A stretch of 63,833 nt of DNA, counting the filler, from Octopus bimaculoides (lineage: Eukaryota), in the NCBI RefSeq assembly GCF_001194135.2. It is 4 parts of 4 records of this genome, joined end to end, with 100 filler letters (N's around TTAATTAATTAA, not from the genome) between each part and the next. Parts side by side here need not be neighbours in the genome. Positions count along the whole stretch, not along the records: positions 61,941 to 63,833 come from NW_026402059.1; 3 more parts are not named here. One strand, 5' to 3'. Shown here one piece after another: positions 63,793 to 63,833 of this stretch. The notes under the pieces were generated by a model. It saw only the letters and a list, made by a program, of their open reading frames with translations, searched no databases and was not told the DNA's origin. Within the stretch, counting starts at the first letter, position 1. Every line of letters starts with the position of its first letter. Position numbers and translations under genes: made by a program.

Positions 63793-63833
<41 letters not shown>

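Overview
Repeat-dense, gappy eukaryotic genomic DNA, inferred to be octopus from the SINE families, RTE LINEs and microsatellite load (species not verifiable here). The main gene is the 3' part of a broad-minded/TBC1D32 (BROMI) homologue on the minus strand. Six phase-compatible exons (23318-23230, 17586-17473, 14685-14556, 12873-12777, 7719-7597, 3163-3086) splice into one ORF with recognisable BROMI motifs (HSLFNYDESHIFGLR; [20 protein letters not shown]; YPLFSKYPVP). The 3' region at 1-387 is ambiguous, and no convincing 5' exons were found above about 26 kb. One well-defined exon of an unrelated plus-strand gene (Thr/Pro-rich) lies at 63303-63576. The rest is mostly decayed transposons: tRNA-type SINE families, RTE, CR1-like and R4/Dong-like LINE fragments, a Penelope GIY-YIG fragment, mariner, Tc1, a Chapaev-like element, Helitrons, MITEs, minisatellites and assembly artefacts. 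Best leads: (1) a TSD-bounded 1.48-kb retroelement carrying only a gag/ORF1-like gene, with a diverged paralogue 52 kb away; (2) alternative or truncating 3' splicing of BROMI; (3) a Penelope-linked hammerhead-like motif with a variant core. All homology calls come from remembered family motifs; no database search was run.
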